A DNA stretch of 20,000 nt. It comes from an uncultured Methanosarcinales archaeon. GTDB taxonomy: Archaea; Nanobdellota; Nanobdellia; Woesearchaeales; CAYVYK01. A program made the translations under genes and the position numbers. The notes under the pieces are model-generated. The model worked only from the letters and a program-made list of their open reading frames with translations. It was not told the origin of the DNA and did not search any database. The DNA is taken from positions 47,222-67,221 of the forward strand of contig CAYVYK010000011.1 of NCBI GenBank assembly GCA_964455675.1, given 5' to 3'. Positions 15,336 through 20,000 of this stretch are shown one piece after another (the first letter of the stretch is position 1; each line of letters starts with the position of its first letter).

Positions 15336-17759
15336 CTAGCGGTCGCGACGCAGCAGATCCGCAACCACTCGAGGGATACCAAGAGCACCACGAAGACCTC
15401 GGCTCGAGCGCGCGGCAGTCCACAGCTGCCGAACAGGCCCTCTCTGCATATACTCACCACCTCCCTCGGCGAGGAGATCACCCAAGCCAACCTCATTCAG
15501 AAGCCCAGGCAGGTTCCCATCGCCGATGCCAGGAGTCAGGCGGTGCTTGCGATCATACCGGAAGCATGCCGCGCCACCCTGCTGCTCGAGCTGGGCAGCC
15601 AGCATCTGGATTTGGGTGGCGAGGATGACACTCGCGCCGTGCTGCTTGAGCCGCTGCAAGAGCGCGTTGCCCGCAATGTAGCCAGCCTGCTCCTGCGTAC
15701 CAAACCCAAGCTCGTCGAGCAAGACGACCACAAGACGGCCGTCGACGTTCTTGATGCCCGCGAGCACGGATGCTGTTTTCTTCCAGAGGAGGGAGCACGT
15801 GGACGCGCTCTCCTTCTCGGTTGTCTTGACGAACACAACACCGAGGACTTGCTTGATGTTCGTCTTGAAGTAGCTGCCGAAGATGGGAAGCCCGCTCATA
15901 GCAGACCAGAGGTCGAGACCAATCGTCTTGAGCGCTACACTCTTGCCGCCGCCGTGCTCGCCCGTGATGACGAGAATATCACCGTTCAAGTCGGGAAGAG
16001 CGCCGATCGGCCGGGGCCGCTGATTCTCGCCGAGCACGAGGAGCTGGATCGGAAGCAGATCCTTGAACGCAACGACGTGATCGTCACCATCCTGGATGTC
16101 AGCGAAGCAGATCGAATGCGGCAGCTTCTTCTCGCGCAGATCGTCCTGCATCTGGTGATACCGATGGATGATGCTCGAAACGTGGCAGAGCGTCTGCATC
16201 GCACGATCGAAGAAACTCCTCGCATCTTGCGCGGCCTCGTAAAGCGCATGAAGCGCGGGATCGGTGTAGAGATGCTTTAGGGCAAACCACCGAAAGTACT
16301 GATCAGTGCCTGGGGACTTTGCGCCAAACTGCGTATAGAACAGATCTCCTGCGGACTTCTGCAGACGCGCCGTGAGGGCGGCGAGGCTTAGCAGGCGAAC
16401 GCGCTCGGTGCGCTGATTCAGATATTCCCGACGACAGCTCTGCATCGCCGCCTGCTGCAGGGTCGTGTACCCGGCGAAGTCCTCACCGAAGTTAGCCTCG
16501 TAGCGTTCCTCCTGGACAACCGGATCGAGGCTGAAAATCTCGACCTTGAGGCCGCCATGATCATAGGCGAAGCGAACCTTGAGCTTGCTTTTGTTCAGCA
16601 TCTCGCACAAGCTCTCGTTCCAACGAACGGACTCCCGCAGTTTCGTCAAAACCGCAGTCATCACCTCGAGAACCGTGCAGTCAGGGACCTTCGTGATCAC
16701 CATCCGCTCGCACACACTGCGACGATGTTCCTCATTCGCAATGTCAATGCGACCCCTCTTCCACTCGCTCAGGAACGGCACCCAGGACTTGGGATGAAGC
16801 ACACTGAATCCCTCCGACCACTCGGGATAGGGAATCACCGACGCACTCGTGAGGTCGGAAGCGTACTTGCGATGACCACTCGCCGTGCAGCCGATCGGAG
16901 TTAGGACGGCCAGGGTGAACTCTGGGGGCTTCGTCCAGAGAGAGCGATCCGATATACGCCTATCACCCATCTCCAGATAGACTTCACGCTCCCCGGCTGG
17001 TGCGGATGTACGCTTCGACGGCGTGGGCTTTTGATCACGGCGCCGAATGGGCACGTCATCGTCGCCCGAACCGCCATCATCGTCCGTGCCAGCAGAATCC
17101 GTGTCCTCCTCATCGGTAGTGGTGAGTGTGGTCCCTTTTTTCTGGAGTTCATCATCAGAGAGCCTTGTGAAGAGGCGAGCGCCTGTACCAAGTGTGAACT
17201 CAATCGTGCCAGCCATGACGGACATCTTCTCGACCTCGCCCGTGATCGCGACGGCCATCTGGGATTCGAGAGGCTCAATGCAGGAGGACATCCTCAGCGT
17301 CGCGGCGAACTCCCGAACGTTGGCCGGAACCTGGCTGCGCACCTTGCTCATCAGCTCGAGGAATGCGTGCACACGGCGCCAGTGCGGATTGTGAGGAACC
17401 AATGAGAAATACGTCAGAAACGCATCGGCAGATTCAGGAAGCGGAGCAGTGCGCACACCTTCACGCATGATGAAGTCCATGAGATCGGGATTTTCGTGCA
17501 GAAAACGACAGAGGGCGTGGCGACGGCGGATCTCGTCCTCAACGCAGATCCCGAAACTTTCACGGAGCGGGGAATTCTCCAGGCCCAGGGACTCGAGGAG
17601 CATCTCCGTCGGGAGGTCATCAGCGTTGATGACGTGAAACCTCTCCTCCCGACGGATGTCAGTCCGCCAGAACGGAATGTCCGGATACTCGATTTCAGGG
17701 GGAAGGATGGGTTGAATGTCCATCCTTGGCTGCAACTCATCGACTGGTTTTGTGTCCAT
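15336..17759 (-). CDS. Large protein with C-terminal MutS-domain-V-type P-loop ATPase (degenerate)
   Basis: ILVITGEHGGGKSVALKTIGL...AMSGLPI, VVLLDELGFGT and VILATQ motifs. AGGAGG RBS before MDTKP (17759). Confidence 0.82.
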   Translation of the reverse strand: MDTKPVDELQPRMDIQPILPPEIEYPDIPFWRTDIRREERFHVINADDLPTEMLLESLGLENSPLRESFGICVEDEIRRRHALCRFLHENPDLMDFIMREGVRTAPLPESADAFLTYFSLVPHNPHWRRVHAFLELMSKVRSQVPANVREFAATLRMSSCIEPLESQMAVAITGEVEKMSVMAGTIEFTLGTGARLFTRLSDDELQKKGTTLTTTDEEDTDSAGTDDDGGSGDDDVPIRRRDQKPTPSKRTSAPAGEREVYLEMGDRRISDRSLWTKPPEFTLAVLTPIGCTASGHRKYASDLTSASVIPYPEWSEGFSVLHPKSWVPFLSEWKRGRIDIANEEHRRSVCERMVITKVPDCTVLEVMTAVLTKLRESVRWNESLCEMLNKSKLKVRFAYDHGGLKVEIFSLDPVVQEERYEANFGEDFAGYTTLQQAAMQSCRREYLNQRTERVRLLSLAALTARLQKSAGDLFYTQFGAKSPGTDQYFRWFALKHLYTDPALHALYEAAQDARSFFDRAMQTLCHVSSIIHRYHQMQDDLREKKLPHSICFADIQDGDDHVVAFKDLLPIQLLVLGENQRPRPIGALPDLNGDILVITGEHGGGKSVALKTIGLDLWSAMSGLPIFGSYFKTNIKQVLGVVFVKTTEKESASTCSLLWKKTASVLAGIKNVDGRLVVVLLDELGFGTQEQAGYIAGNALLQRLKQHGASVILATQIQMLAAQLEQQGGAACFRYDRKHRLTPGIGDGNLPGLLNEVGLGDLLAEGGGEYMQRGPVRQLWTAARSSRGLRGALGIPRVVADLLRRDR

Positions 17760-17770
17760 AAAAAAACCTC

Positions 17771-18130
17771 CTAGAGCGCGAGGAGCGCTCCTGAAAGAAA
17801 GGCAGTCAGCCACACCAGATAGGCGCGGACGCTCCATGTTCTGAAGTGGCGCCGCCAGGATTCATGGTTTGTCAACCATACTCCCGCAGCCCAGCATGCA
17901 TGAAGTCCCATGATGAGCAATGCAGGTAAACCAAGCACTGTGTGAGCGGATCGACCGACAGAGCTTGATGTGTGCAACGTAAACATGGCAGCAGTACCTC
18001 CAAGATCACAGAGGAAACCACACCAGAAGCACACAATGATCCACGCGCGCAACCCAATCCGTCGCTCACAAAACACAGAGAGAGAGTAACATGCGCACGC
18101 GAGAATCATCAATAGCACAGGGACGAACAT
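17771..18130 (-). CDS. HsmA / TIGR03987-family 4-TM membrane protein
   Basis: CYSLSVFCER...FWCGFLCDLGGTAAM...HTVLGLPALLIMGLHACWA...FRTWSVRAYLVWL matches the family pattern as I recall it, including conserved His residues. Confidence 0.78.
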   Translation of the reverse strand: MFVPVLLMILACACYSLSVFCERRIGLRAWIIVCFWCGFLCDLGGTAAMFTLHTSSSVGRSAHTVLGLPALLIMGLHACWAAGVWLTNHESWRRHFRTWSVRAYLVWLTAFLSGALLAL

Positions 18131-18194
18131 GTATCACCATCCTGAGGTTATACCTCCTCTCAACAAACTATTGCTCTTCTGCTAAAAGGAGGCC

Positions 18195-18223
18195 CGGGGA
18201 GCGGGCAGCTCTGCCAGCTCCCC
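18195..18223 (-). terminator. GC-rich hairpin after the Zn-ribbon gene (possible terminator)
   Basis: ggggagc-g-ggcag-ct-ctgcc-a-gctcccc, with TTTT a few nt later on the minus strand. Confidence 0.5.
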
Positions 18224-18234
18224 AAGCCAAGGAG

Positions 18235-18666
18235 TTAACCGCACGCAACAGCAGTGCCGCACTCCGGACAGCGACCTGAGGCGTTACCCGTCAGATCGTA
18301 GCCGCAGTGCGCGCAGTGACCGACCTTCGGCCGCTGCCTGATGTCGACAACGACTGGCGCAAAAGCGCACACCATGACGAGCAAGCTTCCGACCTGCAGT
18401 GCACTCCGCAAGGACTCAGGCATCATGCCGTATGCAGCAGGCAGCGAGAGCGCAAGCGGGGCGAATGCACCGACCATCGCGTACTTGCTCATGCGACAGG
18501 CGAGACCGCTCGACATCAGAACGCCGCCCGCCATGATCAGCTGGATCAGCGGGAGCGTGGAGCCAACGCGAGCGACGCGAAACGGAGCGTCGAGTTCGGT
18601 GTACATGATGAAAAGTGCCCCGAATGTCAGAAGCAAGCCCACGATGAACATCACCACGTGTCGCAT
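18235..18666 (-). CDS. 4-TM membrane protein with C-terminal zinc ribbon (GHCxxCGYDLxGNxSGRCPECG)
   Basis: Four hydrophobic helices then CAHCGYDLTGNASGRCPECG. Starts 4 nt after the Cys-rich gene stop, with a GAGGTGA RBS. Confidence 0.85.
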   Translation of the reverse strand: MRHVVMFIVGLLLTFGALFIMYTELDAPFRVARVGSTLPLIQLIMAGGVLMSSGLACRMSKYAMVGAFAPLALSLPAAYGMMPESLRSALQVGSLLVMVCAFAPVVVDIRQRPKVGHCAHCGYDLTGNASGRCPECGTAVACG

Positions 18667-18670
18667 TGTT

Positions 18671-19645
18671 TCACCTCACAACCGAAGCCGGAGGACTGGA
18701 CGCGGATGATCCCGAGCCGCCCGAATTATTCACGGCAGCAATGCAGTCGTCGAGGTTGTGTTTGCACCAGGCCATCGCGTTATCGTACTGATCTTGAGCA
18801 GCGTCGACGGCACCTTCCCAGCTGTTCTGGCAGATCGTCGCACCGAGGACAGACTCAGTCCCCATGAGGCACAGACACCCGTACCAGCAGATGGGCGCGA
18901 ATGGACCCCCAGCGGTACATCCAAGACATGTTGACTGCAGTGCGACGCCGAGGCCGACGGCGCCCATGCACAGCCACCAGTCATCGCTCGCACCCTCGAG
19001 GTCCTCGTCGAGCTCGTTCTGGGCGTTATCGCGGCACTGGTGAAACTGGTTGTAGCAGGGAGCGAACTTGGGATTGAGTACGGACATGTTCAGGTCGCAC
19101 TCCAGCAAGGAACGCCGACGGTCGGCCTGGTCGGTCGTCAGAATTCCTTTCACTAGCAGATACGACCACTGAACACCCAGGTCATCTGCCCAGGAGAACA
19201 GCACGCCGGTAAATGCGGCCTCGCCTTGACTGGTCGTAACGACGCCGCTACAGTTTCCGAAAAGGTAGTTACGAGCGCGCAGGTTCGCCTCGTCCTCGGG
19301 CGGAATGTCACCGAGCTGCAACAGGTCGTCGACGGTGAAGAGTTTCACCGTCAGCGGCTCGAAGAGAAACGTCTCCGGATTCTCGTAGTAGTTACGCCAG
19401 CCGTTTGAGACCTGACACGTCGATGGAACACCCTCGAGGTAGAGAGGAAGCTCCGAGCAGTACTCGTAGGGCGTCGTGAACACCGCGCAATACTGCGCCG
19501 CGATGTCGTCCAGTACTCCCGTCAAGAGGCTGTACTCCTCGGAAGTGATCGGGGCACCGGAGCAGTCCGTGTTTTGCGCCGGATAATCCGCACAGGCCAC
19601 GGACGAGAGTAACAATACAACCACGGTGATTTGTTTGCGTAACAT
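18671..19645 (-). CDS. Secreted (possibly lipo-) protein with Cys-rich hydrophobic-hairpin C-terminal domain (halocin C8/bacteriocin-like)
   Basis: GGGAG RBS before MLRKQITVVVLLLSSVAC, acidic N-region, and 12 Cys in the last ~140 aa around MGAVGLGVALQSTCLGCTAGGPFAPICWYGCLC. Confidence 0.72.
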   Translation of the reverse strand: MLRKQITVVVLLLSSVACADYPAQNTDCSGAPITSEEYSLLTGVLDDIAAQYCAVFTTPYEYCSELPLYLEGVPSTCQVSNGWRNYYENPETFLFEPLTVKLFTVDDLLQLGDIPPEDEANLRARNYLFGNCSGVVTTSQGEAAFTGVLFSWADDLGVQWSYLLVKGILTTDQADRRRSLLECDLNMSVLNPKFAPCYNQFHQCRDNAQNELDEDLEGASDDWWLCMGAVGLGVALQSTCLGCTAGGPFAPICWYGCLCLMGTESVLGATICQNSWEGAVDAAQDQYDNAMAWCKHNLDDCIAAVNNSGGSGSSASSPPASVVR

Positions 19646-19877
19646 GAAGGTTCTCCCTTGTCCCAGGGTTGAAAACACCGCTTTCCGCCCACTGCAGAAA
19701 GCAAGACTTCTGCCCTCGCTCGAAAACACAGCAGAGCTGTGAACCCATGGGATACGCTCGCTAGACACCTCCTTTCGCAACGCGGATTCGTTTCTCCGAG
19801 TCGCAGAAAATACTCTCATCCACGTCCTTGCACCGAGGGTGGTCGTACCACACGCGCTCTCGCCAGGATCATACACC

Positions 19878-19913
19878 AAAAAAGGTGTGCGGGAGATTTC
19901 TCCCCCGCACACC
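19878..19913 (-). terminator. Intrinsic terminator
   Basis: ggtgtgcggg/cccgcacacc 10-bp stem followed by T6 on the minus strand. Confidence 0.8.
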
Positions 19914-19935
19914 AAAGGGGACACTCAGCTACCCA

Positions 19936-20000
19936 TCACGCGGCGCAGGTAATCAGCCTACCGCATTCTGGACAGCGACCGGAAACGTTGCCCTTCAGGT
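19936..20000 (-). CDS. 3' end of another Zn-ribbon protein paralogous to 18235-18666 (partial)
   Basis: Own translation: ...LKGNVSGRCPECGRLITCAA*. Confidence 0.8.
   Translation of the reverse strand, partial: LKGNVSGRCPECGRLITCAA

Noticed and set aside
15321..16280. 319-aa plus-strand ORF
   Set aside because: Antisense shadow of the MutS-like ATPase domain
1..20000. CRISPR array, tRNA/rRNA, integrase/transposase, reverse transcriptase or DGR
   Set aside because: No regularly spaced repeats, cloverleaf or catalytic motifs were seen. The radA repeat differences are all synonymous and no RT gene is present, so it is not a TR/VR pair.

Overview
The window has two halves with different origins. 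Bases 1 to ~5.46 kb look like small-genome archaeal (DPANN/Woesearchaeota-like) chromosome with moderate GC and TATA/BRE promoters. They carry the 5' end of archaeal dnaG, an M50 protease, a membrane protein, a stand-alone CARF/Csa3-like protein, radA and a small putative ssDNA-binding protein. A synonymously recoded second copy of the radA 3' end lies just downstream of radA, separated from it by nested hairpins. From ~5.5 kb to the end the DNA is visibly more GC-rich and looks bacterial (sigma70-like -10 boxes, intrinsic terminators), with every credible gene on the minus strand. This half contains two secreted Cys-ladder proteins (halocin C8/bacteriocin-like), each followed by a small membrane protein. 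It also has a four-gene operon of two paralogous Myb/HTH-like proteins, an XRE-like HTH protein and a MORC-like GHKL ATPase. Further on is a cluster of a degenerate MutS-type ATPase, a REase-fold/wHTH/Snf7(ESCRT-III/PspA)-like fusion, a LURP-one/scramblase-like protein, a serpin-like protein and a second M50 protease. An HsmA-family membrane protein and Planctomycete-style Zn-ribbon membrane proteins complete it. All family calls come from motif recognition by eye; no searches were run.
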